Of a stretch of DNA of 64,000 bases, positions 24,274 through 36,128 are shown piece after piece. The notes beneath the pieces were generated by a model that saw nothing but the letters and a program-made list of their open reading frames with translations, was not told the origin of the DNA and searched no databases. The translations under genes were made by a program, and so were the position numbers. Origin of the DNA: Octopus vulgaris (taxonomy: Eukaryota); contig OX597827.1 of NCBI GenBank assembly GCA_951406725.2, positions 80,662,001 to 80,726,000 of the forward strand, given 5' to 3'. Numbering within the stretch: the first letter of the stretch is position 1; the number at the start of each line of letters is the position of its first letter.

Positions 24274-24756
24274 ACTTTGTGCTGAATCTTAAAATCCTTT
24301 TTACTTTACATTCTACTGCTGTTTTATTGCTATATATTTATGAATATTATACATTTTATGGGTAAAATATTTTTCTAGGAACGAATGACGATTTATAATA
24401 TTGCTACTAAGGGTAATTATTGCTCTGCTTTATGAGCGGTCTCTGGGAACAAATTAACTTGTATATCAAGGTATTATTGTACCAAGTTTTCTCACTGGCA
24501 CTAATAACATGAAATAAAGTTTACAATGAAATGTCAAAAACATAATATTCTGAAAATATGAATGTTTCAAAGCTATGACAGGATTAAGAAGGTAAGGGAG
24601 GCTATTTCATGAAAAAAAAACCAATTTCTTTTTTTTATATATATTAACCATGGACTAATACATAAAAAATTGAATAAAATCAATGATATAATAAATTTTA
24701 AATATAATGAAGATATTTATATTAATATGTGGGTTTCTTAATTTGTGACAGTGGTA

Positions 24757-25148
24757 AGGCAGCGAGCTGGCAGAAACGTTAGCACGTCGGGCGAAATGCT
24801 TAGCGGTATTTCGGCTGCCGTTACGTTGTGAGTTCAAATTCCGCCGAGGTCGACTTTGCCTTTCATCCTTTCGGGGTCGATAAATTAAGTACCAGTTACG
24901 CACTGGGGTCGATGTAATCGACTTAATACCTATGTCTGTCCATGTTTGTCCCCTCTATGTTTAGCCCCTTGTGGGTAATAAAGAAATAGGTATTTCATCT
25001 GTCTTTACATTCTGAGTTCAAATTCCGCCGAAGTCGACTTTGCCTTTCATCCTTTCAGGGTCGATACATTAAGAACCATTTGCATACTGGGGTCAATCTA
25101 ATTGACTGGTCCCCCTCCCCCAAAATTTATCCTAGAGTAGAAAAGAAT
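24757..25148 (+). mobile_element. Dimeric Nin-domain-like SINE
   Basis: GGCAGCGAGCTGGCAGAAACGTTAG head, GAGTTCAAATTCC B box, core repeated twice. Confidence 0.85.
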
Positions 25149-26264
25149 GTGTGACACTGGCCACTACAAACTCTCATGAAGGCAAGAACAAGAGGAATGT
25201 TATGAACCAAGTGTATATTTGTTTTCCTTAATAGACACACACACACATGGGTGATTAGGATTTCGATTTATAACAAAGAGAAAAAAAGGCTTGAATGGAG
25301 AACTTTTCCATAAACATGTGAATCTGAAGAAATAATAAAATGTGAGTCATTTTAATTTAGCAGGTGCTATGTAAAAAGCATCCAGTCCACACCTGTAAAG
25401 TGGTCGGCATTTGGAAAGGCATCTAGCTGTAAAAACCATGCCAAAACTGACCTCACGTGTGCTGGAGCCACGTAAAAAGTATTTAGTCCACACTACAGGG
25501 TGTTTGGTGTTAGGAAGGGCATCCAACCGTTAAAAAAAACCAAGCCAAAACAGACACTGAAGCCTGGTGCAGTCTTCTGTCAAGTCAGCTTCCGTCAAAC
25601 TGTCCAATCCATGCCAGCATGGAAAACGTATGTTAAATGATGGTGATGATGATGGCAATATCACCACTTACTTTGTGTTTCATAACACCTAGTGTAATGG
25701 CCTCTGCTTCCTGGAGCTGCTGGATTTCACAAAATATTTCAGAAATGAAACAATCATTGTTATCATCATCTTATGCCCACTTCCCTTGCTTGCAATGGTT
25801 GTTACAGACTTAATTAGTTGCAATTTCAGGTTACTGCCCTCCAAGAGAGCTTGGAAGAGGCTTTTTTGCTTGAACATTCCAATGTTTGGCATCATTTCTA
25901 CAACTGAATCCCATTCCTAACATCAACCACTTCTCAGAGTGCGTTATATTGTTGCACCAGCACTGGAGAAGTGGTCATCTACACTACACACAACACTGTC
26001 TCCATCTGACAGCCAGCCTCCAAATAGAAAACAACTACTAAACTTTTGTTACTGTATTCCTAAACAAATGCACTGCCCCTGCGTCAATCAATTTTGAGTA
26101 TAATAAAGAATTCAGTAAAACAACTTTATTAAACTGGTATTTGGAACAGAAATTATTATGAAATTTTGATCGGAAACTTTAGATTAGATCACTTGAAAAC
26201 AATAAGTTTATAATGTTGAACCAGGCCCCAGGCAGTTAAAAACTGATACATTCTATATATTCTA

Positions 26265-26631
26265 CATCAAAATGAAAATCAAATGGAAATTGTAGTTAAG
26301 ATACCCGTGCTGGTGACACGTTAAAAAGCGCCATCCGAACGTGGCAGATGCCAGCGCCACCTGACTGGCGTCCGTGTCGGTGACACGTAAAAGCACCAAC
26401 CGATCATGGCCGTTTACCAGCCACCTGTGGCCCCTGTGCCAGTGGCACGTAAAAAGCACGCACTACACTCACGGAGTGGTTGGCATTAGGAAGGGCATCC
26501 AGCTGTAGAAACACTGCCAGATCAGACTGGAGCTTGGTGCAGCCTCCTGGCTTCCCAGACCCCGGTCAAACCGTCCAACCCATGCTAGCATGGAAAAAGG
26601 ACGTTAAACGATGATGATGATGATGATGATG
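26265..26631 (+). mobile_element. Meta-domain-like SINE
   Basis: Core GGAAGGGCATCCAGCTGTAGAAAC, (GAT)n tail. Confidence 0.85.
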
Positions 26632-28589
26632 ATATATTAAGCAACAGCAAAATTATAACTTTTAAACAGTGAGTAATTATTATTATTGTTTTTTTTTGTT
26701 TTGCTATATCTGTTTAAGTAAAACAAAGATTTGCTTATGAGGTGTACATCATATGAAATGTCAACAATAGTTGTTGTTTTTATCTAATGTGAAAAAGATA
26801 AAACAAACAATAGAAACTTACCTTTATTCTTAACCCAAATAGCATTGCTGCGTGGCCTTGGTAGCTCTGCTCAAGCAAACCGGTGTGGCATGCAAGAAGT
26901 TGGTCAAACAACAAAATGCAGTCCACAGATCTATTCTTCCACCAAGTTGAAGACCATACAGCACCTTTCAACATGAGGTGCAGTGTGACAATTTGGGAAG
27001 TGTTGCATTCACTCCATTAGATTCTGGTGGTGGCCATGGAGGAGAGAGCTGTTGTTCTTTTGCCCTTTGTATTGTTAGCAAACATTCCAGCACATTGTTC
27101 GAGGCTAATGTGTTTACTGATGCTGCAGATATTTTTATATGAATGTGTCTTTTGAATGTTTCTGAACTGAACGGAAAAGAGAGCATTTGGATGATAGCAT
27201 TGAAGCAATCTTCTGGCATCTTGTAAACGCATCTGGACATTATTGCAGGGTGGGGACAGCGAGGTTTGGAACTTGCAGCACAAAGAAACGGTGTCCTTTG
27301 AATACCTTGATGAACTTTCATTTTTAGTGTTTACACAATAGCAAATGGTCTATGTGTGTAAAATATAGTTTATTGTAGAGAGATTGGAAATGCAGAGTGA
27401 GAACATTGGGTAGGGATATGGTAAAAACAATGGATGAGGCAATGGATCTTTGTGGTATATCATTCGGAAACGAGATTGAAAATGTGTTGTTGATGATCTG
27501 AACAAGAGTTCCAGGCTGTGGGCACTTTGTTTCGAGTGAGTGAAAGCTATGCTAATATCAATGTTAAGAGACAGATGGGTTTTTGTTGTTGTTGTTGAAG
27601 CAATTATGGATATTTAGAAAAAGGGAAGTGGGCGATGATGATGATGATGGTGTTTGTGAATAGTGTGATGGCCTGGATCAATGTTCTCAACTAGAAAGGG
27701 AAATGTGTGGGTTGTTAAAAACCAGCAAAGGAGAGTGATAGGTTTACATGAATACTGCTTTAATTCAGGATTTGATAACTGATGAATTTTAACAATTTCA
27801 AGTCCATTACTTTAGTTGGTCAAGTTGACCAGGCCTACTCGTTATGCTCATTAAACTGTATTCACAGAAGAAACTCTTCTCAAATGAATTTTGTATCTGA
27901 AATTACAGAAAAGAAATATATGAAAATATTAAATACAATTAAATATATTAAACATGTAAAAAGCACCGAATACATTCAGTAAAGTGGCTGGTGTTAAGGA
28001 ACAGCATCCAGCCCTAGAAAACCCCACCTAAACAAATACTTAAGCTTGATGCAGTCTTCAGACTCATCAGACCCTGTCAAACTGTTTGACCTGTGATAGC
28101 ATAGAAGGTGGCTGTTAAATGATGATGATGAAGATACAACAACCAACAGGCTGAAACAAGTAGTAGAGTGTATTGCTGACCATTATTGTAGGTTTTAAGT
28201 TTCTCTTCCACAAAGGGCATAGAAACCATGCCACAACAGACAACCCATACCAACATGGAAAACGAACATTACATGATGATGATGATGATGATGAAAAGGC
28301 CCACTGTTCCCCAGCTACAGGTAACTAGTTTTGTCTGTAGAGGATTTGAACTACAGAAAATAGTGGCTGGAAGAGTCCACAACACCACATCTGTCAAGTT
28401 TATCATTTTCATTTTTCTAAATAAATGTACCTGAGTAAAGTTTTAAAATAAATCCTCTGACACAGCCTTCTTTTGTCCAGAAATGAATATCATTATTGTC
28501 TCAGTGAGTTTGTACACAAATCTCACAGTTTGTGTCTTTTTCTTGACTTGGGTAAACAAGTTCTAACAGAATTAGTTGACCCAAGTCAG

Positions 28590-29035
28590 ACTTCGACAAA
28601 TTAAGGGCCAGTCAGGCGGGCCTGGTAACGATCACGTTCAGATGGTGCTTTTTATGCGCCACCAGCACAGGAACCAGTCAGTGAGTACTGGCATTGGTCA
28701 TGATCAGTTGGTACTTTTTACGTGCTACCAACACGGGAGCCAGTCTGGGGGTACTGGCATCAAACATGTTTGGATGGTGCTTTTTACATGCCACCAGCAA
28801 AGGAGCCAGTCAGGTGGACCTGGCATTGAACACGTTCGGATGGTGTTTTTTATGTGCCACCGGCATGGGAGCCAGTCAGAGGGCACCAGTCCCTGCTATA
28901 ATATTGGTTTCACTCGACTCAGCAGGTCTTCTCAAGCATATCATATCACCCAATGCATCAGGGGTATTCTTAACAGGACCAGACATGTGTGGCTGCAATC
29001 TCACTTTAGTTGCCAGGTCTTCTCAATCACAATCC
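28590..29035 (-). mobile_element. Internal tandem-repeat portion of a Meta-like SINE
   Basis: Four ~63-bp units GATGGTGCTTTTTA.GTGCCACC.GCA. Confidence 0.65.
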
Positions 29036-29127
29036 TAAATTCAGACGAGGCATATTTGTGAGTGAGGGAGAAGAGAATCAGTGAAAAATTTAGTTTATAA
29101 ACATTCTGATACAGTATTATGTAAATG

Positions 29128-29286
29128 GGAATTAAGACACCAGAACGGACAAAGGCATCAGAGTTAAATAAACTATTACAGAGTGCTCTTTTCTAACGGT
29201 CACATAACCAGGTGGAGTGACTTTATCTTGAACCATTCCATATACAGTAGACTTGTTATATTTTCTGACTTAGTCACATCAGTTAT
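29128..29286 (+). repeat. Direct repeat copy 1 (partner 32369-32523)
   Basis: GGAATTAAGACACCAGAAC...TTAGTCACATCAGTTAT shared. Confidence 0.85.
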
Positions 29287-29511
29287 GTAAACGGGCCCAT
29301 TCTGGCACCTTGTAACAATGTGGTTGCTAGATTTTGGCACAAAGTACTGGAACAGTGATGTTGTATAGTTCTAGATCAACTCTTATTCCCATGATTACAG
29401 GTGTGACCATCCTTTATTTACAGCATAATGTATCCAAAACTATATTTTATATACGAGAGTAGTTTTTTGTCAAGATAGAAGAATGAAGTTTGATTAATAT
29501 TTCTAATATTA

Positions 29512-29895
29512 GGCGCAGGAGTGGATGTGTGGTAAGTAGCTTGCTTACGAACTACATGGTTCCGAGTTCTATCCCACTGCCTGGCACCTTGGGCAAGTAT
29601 CTTCTACTATAGCCTAGGGCCGACCAAAGCCTTGAGTGGATTTGGTAGACGGCAACTGAAAGAAGCCCGTCGTATATATGTATGTGTGTGTGTGTCTGTG
29701 TTTGTCCCCCCCCTCCCAACATCGCTTGACAACTGATGCTGGTGTGTTAATGTCCCAGTAACTTAGTGGTTCGGCAAAAGAGACAGATAGAATAAGTACT
29801 TAGCTAACAAAGACTAAGTCCTGGGGTCGATTTGCTTGACTAAAGGTGGTGTTCCAGCATGGCCACAGTCAAATGACTGAAACAAGTAAAAGAGT
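29512..29895 (+). mobile_element. tRNA-headed SINE
   Basis: Same family as 10577-10986. Confidence 0.85.
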
Positions 29896-30287
29896 AATAT
29901 GTCAAGCAACATGCAGAACCCCAGACTCTTTGGCTTGAGGGAAAGTGATTGGCTGAATGGATGTCCAAACAGTGGAGGCCAAAATAAAGGAGTGTGGCTT
30001 CATAATAGCTCCCTAACACGTCCTTGGAGACGACAGATAGCAGAGTCCTCTCATATTGTGTTAATATTAATTTCTATTGCCAGCCACTGGGCCTTTCATT
30101 ATCATCCTCATCTGACGTTCGTTTTCCGTGCTGGCATGAGTTGGACAGTTTGAGATGGAGCTGGCCAGCAGGGGAGATATTGTGACATGGTTTCTACAGT
30201 TGGATGCCCTTCCTAATGCCAACCACTTTACAGATTGCACTGGGTGCTTTCAATGTGCCACCAGCATGGGTGCATTTACACAGCACA

Positions 30288-31692
30288 GGCACAAGTGCAT
30301 TGAATGTGGCACTGGCACAAGTGCATTTAATGTGGCACCAACACAAGTGCATTGAATGTGGCACTGGCACAAGTGCATTGAATGTGGCACTGGCACAAGT
30401 GCATTCAATGTGGCACCAGCACAAGTGCATTTAATGTGGCACTGGCACAAGTGCATTTAATGTGACACCAACACAAGTGCATTTAATGTGGCACTGGCAC
30501 AAGTGCATTTAATGTGACACCAACACAAGTGCATTTAATGTGACACCAACACAAGTGCATTTAATGTGGCACCGACACAAGTGCATTCAATGTGGCACTG
30601 GCACAAGTGCATTTAATGTGGCACCGGTACAAGTGCATTTAATGTGGCACCGACACAAGTGCATTCAATGTGGCACTGGCACAAGTGCATTTAATGTGGC
30701 ACTGGCACAAGTGCATTGAATGTGGCACTGGCACAAGTGCATTTAATGTGGCACTGGCACAAGTGCATTGAATGTGGCACTGGCACAAGTGCATTTAATG
30801 TGGCACTGGCACAAGTGCATTCAATGTGGCACTGGCACAAGTGCATTTAATGTGGCACTGGCACAAGTGCATTGAATGTGGCACTGGCACAAGTGCATTT
30901 AATGTGGCACTGGCACAAGTGCATTGAATGTGGCACTGGCACAAGTGCATTTAATGTGGCACCGACACAAGTGCATTTAATGTAACACCGACACAAGTGC
31001 ATTTAATGTGGCACCGACACAAGTGCATTCAATGTGGCACCAACACAAGTGCATTGAATGTGGCACTGGCACAAGTGCATTTAATGTGGCACTGGCACAA
31101 GTGCATTGAATGTGGCACTGGCACAAGTGCATTTAATGTGGCACTGGCACAAGTGCATTGAATGTGGCACTGGCACAAGTGCATTTAATGTGGCACCAAC
31201 ACAAGTGCATTTAATGTGGCACTGGCACAAGTGCATTGAATGTGGCACCAACACAAGTGCATTCAATGTGGCACTGGCACAAGTGCATTGAATGTGGCAC
31301 TTGCACAAGTGCATTTAATGTGGCACCGACACAAGTGCATTCAATGTGGCACCAACACAAGTGCATTGAATGTGGCACTGGCACAAGTGCATTTAATGTG
31401 GCACTGGCACAAGTGCATTGAATGTGGCACTGGCACAAGTGCATTTAATGTGGCACTGGCACAAGTGCATTTAATGTGGCACCAACACAAGTGCATTTAA
31501 TGTGGCACTGGCACAAGTGCATTTAATGTGACACCGACACAAGTGCATTTAATGTGGCACCGACACAAGTGCATTGAATGTGGCACTGGCACAAGTGCAT
31601 TTAATGTGGCACCGGTACAAGTGCATTTAATGTGGCACTGGCACAAGTGCACTGAATGTGGCACTGGCACAAGTGCATTTAATGCGGCACCT
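30288..31692. repeat. 26-bp minisatellite (~54 units, GGCACAAGTGCATTNAATGTGGCACT) inside a minus-strand Meta-like SINE (~30098-31810)
   Basis: 26-bp periodicity directly visible; SINE core at ~30190-30265 runs into the array. Confidence 0.95.
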
Positions 31693-32368
31693 GTAAAAGA
31701 GACGCTTTTACGTATGGCTGACAATGATTTTACTTGGCACGTTTTCTCAAGTACAGCAAAGCACCACACCTCCTGGCTGTCTTTCTTCAGTGAGGCCCAG
31801 GGTCCAAAGCAGTGTATGTTTCACTAACAATAACAGTTCAAGACTACTGTATGTAAAAGACCCACAGCAAAATTATGTGTAGTTTGTGTTACATGAAGTG
31901 CACGGATAGATGTAAAGTTCATTGCAGAAGAAGCAGTAAAACAGTGATTGGATACTAACAGCAATGGAGACAAGTTTATTGATAGAGACAAGTATTAAGA
32001 ATGGGGGATGAGGGGGAATAAAAAACAGAAGTTTACGATTCAAGCTGAAGTAGACAATGCAAATTTGGAAATGAAATGGTTGGATCAGTTTTCAGAAAGT
32101 TGTAAGTTCCAGACAGAATGGACAGGGAGCTTGTTTAGCAGCAGCAGCAGCCGGTTTACTGATGGAACAGGATTAAACCAGCAGTGGTAATGATGAAGAA
32201 TAGAGAAGATATTTTAATATGGAGCTGTTACTGCAATACTTGTTATTGTCAAATAAATTTGAAACATTTTCCTATAATCATGAATATCAGTCAGTCCTAA
32301 AATATGTACAAAATGTTTATAATCTATAATGATTTCCTTGAAAAATTTCAGAACAGGTGTAACATTCT

Positions 32369-32523
32369 GGAATTAAGACACCAGAACTGACAAAAGGATC
32401 AGAGTTAAATAATTACAGGGTGCTCTTTTCTCACGGTCACATAACCAGGTGCTGTGACTTTGTCTCAAACCATTCCATATACAGTAGACTTGTTATATTT
32501 CCTGATTTAGTCACATCAGTTAT
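32369..32523 (+). repeat. Direct repeat copy 2 (partner 29128-29286)
   Basis: See partner. Confidence 0.85.
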
Positions 32524-32857
32524 CTTCATTTTCTAAACACATTTTAATTTGTGAAGTGTGCTGAATCCTAAATGACGATTAGAAGAAGGGAAAAAAACAA
32601 TAAAAATACACGTTTTTTAATTACATTTATCAAAAGTAATTAAAAATACTCGTAATTTTATGGAAAGGTGTCTTTTGAAGAAGGATATAGTTTAACTGTT
32701 ATTTCATGCATGTTCTTTCAGTTCTGTCTGGCAAGTCTGGGAAGGCCAAAAGAAATTATTATAAATAGGTTTAAATACATGACAAACGTAACATTTATTT
32801 CTGTATACAAGTATTTGTCAAAACGATTGTGCTTTTTTTTTTTATGAAAAGGGCACT

Positions 32858-33112
32858 GGATGGTACTGCACATTTAGCGTGTAAGGGTCACTACTAGGAT
32901 ATGTAAAATACGGAGCATTGTCATTTTGATCTAGAATCTCAACAAGAACATTCGCTGTGTCATTCAGAGATGGGCTTCCATTGTCTTTGACAAAAACCTC
33001 AAACTTATACACATCTTGTTTCTCTCTGTCCAATGACATGGTCGCTGAAATGAAGCCATAACTGGTGATGAGAAATGGGAGATTGGATTTTTCTTTACGC
33101 AGCAGAGAATAT
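32858..33112 (-). pseudogene. 255-bp PCDH fragment (EC5/EC6 junction), copy of 7825-8079
   Basis: Constant offset 25033; only two substitutions noticed. Confidence 0.93.
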
Positions 33113-35515
33113 ATCTTGATCTGAAAGATGTGATGAAGTATTCTCAAAGTAATTCATTATTAGCTATTTTAGTATAGTGAAAACGAGATCTTAGATTCTA
33201 GACTAGATCTGCTAACTTCAAAATATCCTATATACACGCACCAACAACTAAAGGCGCAATGATAGATCTAACTCAAAGACTTTACACCATGTGGTTCTGC
33301 TGTTAGTACCTTCCATGAAAGATTGAGAGAAATCAGATTGCTGAAGCTGTTAATATTGTTCAACATTGTTCAATGAACTTTTTAAATGAACGGTTTCAAT
33401 GACCTTTTTTAAACTAGCGTTAAAACACTACAACAGTTATACGAAGGAAACATCTTAAAATACTTCTTTTTAGAAAAAAAAAGGTGAATAAATTTAATTG
33501 ATAGGCATAAAAAAAAACTCTCAAAAAATGAGACAAATTATTGAAGAGTAAACCAGTTTATACTGGCGTGAATGGAGTGGTCGGACCCCTATTTTGATAG
33601 TATAATGACTGGTTTCCTTTTGGTTATTGTTTACTTTTGTGAGATAGACATCTATTGGTTTACTTGGAGTAAACCAATGAAAGGCGAACATTTTTATAGC
33701 CGCCAAAATTCAACACTTTTTGCGGTTGGTAAAAGATCGATTATGTCAATGTATAGTTATTACAAAATAAACAATTCCTTACAGTCAGAGCGCCATCCAA
33801 TCAAGGATCTTTGAAATCCCTTATAAAAGGCAACCAATTTTCCTTCAAATTATTGTCTTAAAAAAGGAAGAGAACATTTGATAATGTAATTATAAAATAT
33901 CACAGAAATAAAAGACGGGATGGCCATGGCTTGAACGCTTTTATCATTTGCTTAATTTCGGCTGGCAAACGGATAAACAGCTTTATAGAATATAGATGCA
34001 TTGTTTTAAAGTTTAAATAAAACTTACAATTAATTATTTGAGAGGCAAAGTGTTTCACATTCAGAGAGGAAAGAACTTTCTTATAATCATGTCGTCCTTG
34101 TGACAATCACAGTGGAACCGAATGGGATGCATCGGTTCTGCAGTTTGAAGCAGACACTGCTTTGTGCAGAGGTGGAAATGCAGAGCAGGGATCAAAACAC
34201 ATGGGTCCCAAATGGATTTTGTGTCTTAACAACAAGATAGATAAGCCGGTAACCGGTGTCGGTCGAGATTCGTATGACCTGCAGCCGAGGACCCGGTGTA
34301 ACCTGAGATTATATGACAAATTATTTTTCTTTGTCACTTATCTTTGTCACTTCTCATCTTAGCCGCGGCCGAGAGGCGTGGCTTAATGATTAGGGTATTT
34401 CATTCGTGATTGTAAGATTATGGTTTCGATTCCTGGACCGGCGATGTATGTGTTCTTGAGCAAAACGCTTCATTTCACATTGTGCCAGGCTGCCCAAATG
34501 GCAAAAATGAGTCATCCTGCGACGGACCGGCGTCCTATCCATGGGGAATATACGCATCTCAGAATCCGGAAAAACCGGCCTTCTGAGTCTATATTGCTTG
34601 GGAAGGGCTTTTGATCCGTTTAAGCCATTAAATCATTTTAAGTTGCAATGTTGAACACCATGGCGTCCTATCATTTTTTCTTTCTATGATTATTAAATAC
34701 TTTCGGTTTTGGCAATAAAATTAATGTTCATTCACTGGAATATAGCGAACTTTCATACAACTCAGAAATATCGGTTTGACTATCGCGGTGCCTAATCATT
34801 ATTTTTTAACTTTTAATCTTTGGCATTCAATATAGTCTACATTCTCATTTCATACTAATTATTAACAATTACTGAGAATACAGCAAAATTCTAATAACCT
34901 TTTCCTTCGATAAGGAAACTAAAATAAATGACGGGGCATCCGACGTTTTCTCGTGACGTTCTTGTTATCCACTCATATTCGAAAATAACGATTATTCTAA
35001 CACCATTCTGCACCGAAAGTCAATTGTAGATTGTATTCCATTCGCATTGTTCCTTTTTATTTCTCTAATCTTGATCACAAGACACGACAGCCATTGATGG
35101 TCTTAAGATTACGCCCTGGGTTATAATTTTCTCTCTTTTTATTTGTAGCTGTTGTGAAAGGTATCCGTTATTATATTAAGAACATAATACTCGTGGAGAA
35201 ATTTGAATTCTTGGAGACTTCAGCCCGAACCATTTCAGCTTCGCCTCTTTGATTCCTGTTATGTTTAGTAAATTCATATCACTTAGGATAATGGACAATG
35301 ATAGAATTAGTGACAGAGGAACTTTCGGTATTTAGCTACGTCCCTTCGCCTCTGCTCGAAATCCGATTTAAAGTCCATAAAATAGATGAACGATATTATT
35401 CGGGGATTGACCAGAAACTGTTGTCTTTTCGTTTTTGCTTCTCGATTTTAAATCGCATTTTTTTTTCGAGGGAAAGTTTTAAAGAAACATTATTTTAAGT
35501 AAATGTTTATATTAA

Positions 35516-36128
35516 CACCCGCACGATTTTCACTAAAAAAGAAAAAAAAACTCGGATTTTTTGCGTGGAATCAAGTACCCTGACCTCCTAATATGCTGCA
35601 AATCCCTTATTTGGGTTCGGAAAAAGGAATAGTGGCGAAGGAGGCATATATTTAATAACGAACCATGTAATTCACACTCTGGAAAATTTATTTCTGTAAA
35701 ATGTTTTTTTTTTCTTAAACACTCAAGGTGGAGTCTATAAATTTAGGATGATTTTGAAAGATACAATACTTTATCATCAAAATATATATACTTTCTCACA
35801 CAACAAAGATATATTTATTTTAGATCCTCGTTCATCTTCTCCCCCTCCCATACACACACAAAAATTAGTTTGGGCACGATTTTTATTTATTTATTTAATT
35901 TTTCTTGGTAAAAAGATCGATGGGGTGGGTGTGAAATTTCCGAGGCTTCCACCTCACCCCACCCTGTTTTTCGAACCCCCAAAAAGGGTTCTGTAGCATA
36001 TTAGGTGGTCACAAGAATTCATTCAATGAAAAACAAAAATCTCCAATGATTCCGGGATTAGGAGGTCAGGATACTTGATTCCAAGCAAAAAATCCGAGTT
36101 TTTTTTCTTAGTGAAAATCGCACGGGTG
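35516..36128. mobile_element. MITE with ~75-bp terminal inverted repeats flanked by TTAA
   Basis: CACCCGCACGATTTTCACTAA..TGACCTCCTAAT / ATTAGGAGGTCA..TTAGTGAAAATCGCACGGGTG. Confidence 0.85.

Larger units (their letters stand above)
23802..27037 (-). pseudogene. Candidate decayed spliced gene with TIN2 (TINF2) N-terminal-domain similarity
   Basis: Exon 27037-26822 MATTRI*..LHLMLKGAVW..LLFDQLLACHTGLLEQSYQGHAAMLFGLRIK|GTAAGT; exon ~25737/25719-25672; exon 24001-~23802 with internal stops; similarity judged by eye against recalled vertebrate sequences. Confidence 0.5.

Noticed and set aside
26968-27321. 117-aa ORF MKVHQG... as a standalone gene
   Set aside because: No recognisable family; a different frame carries the TIN2-like similarity
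30288-31692. CRISPR-like array (palindromic repeats)
   Set aside because: No unique spacers, contiguous units, eukaryotic context, no cas genes; it is a minisatellite
30155-31827. Cys/His-rich ORFs (HKCIECG...) resembling zinc fingers
   Set aside because: The 26-bp unit shifts frame every repeat and stops are frequent; no C2H2 spacing
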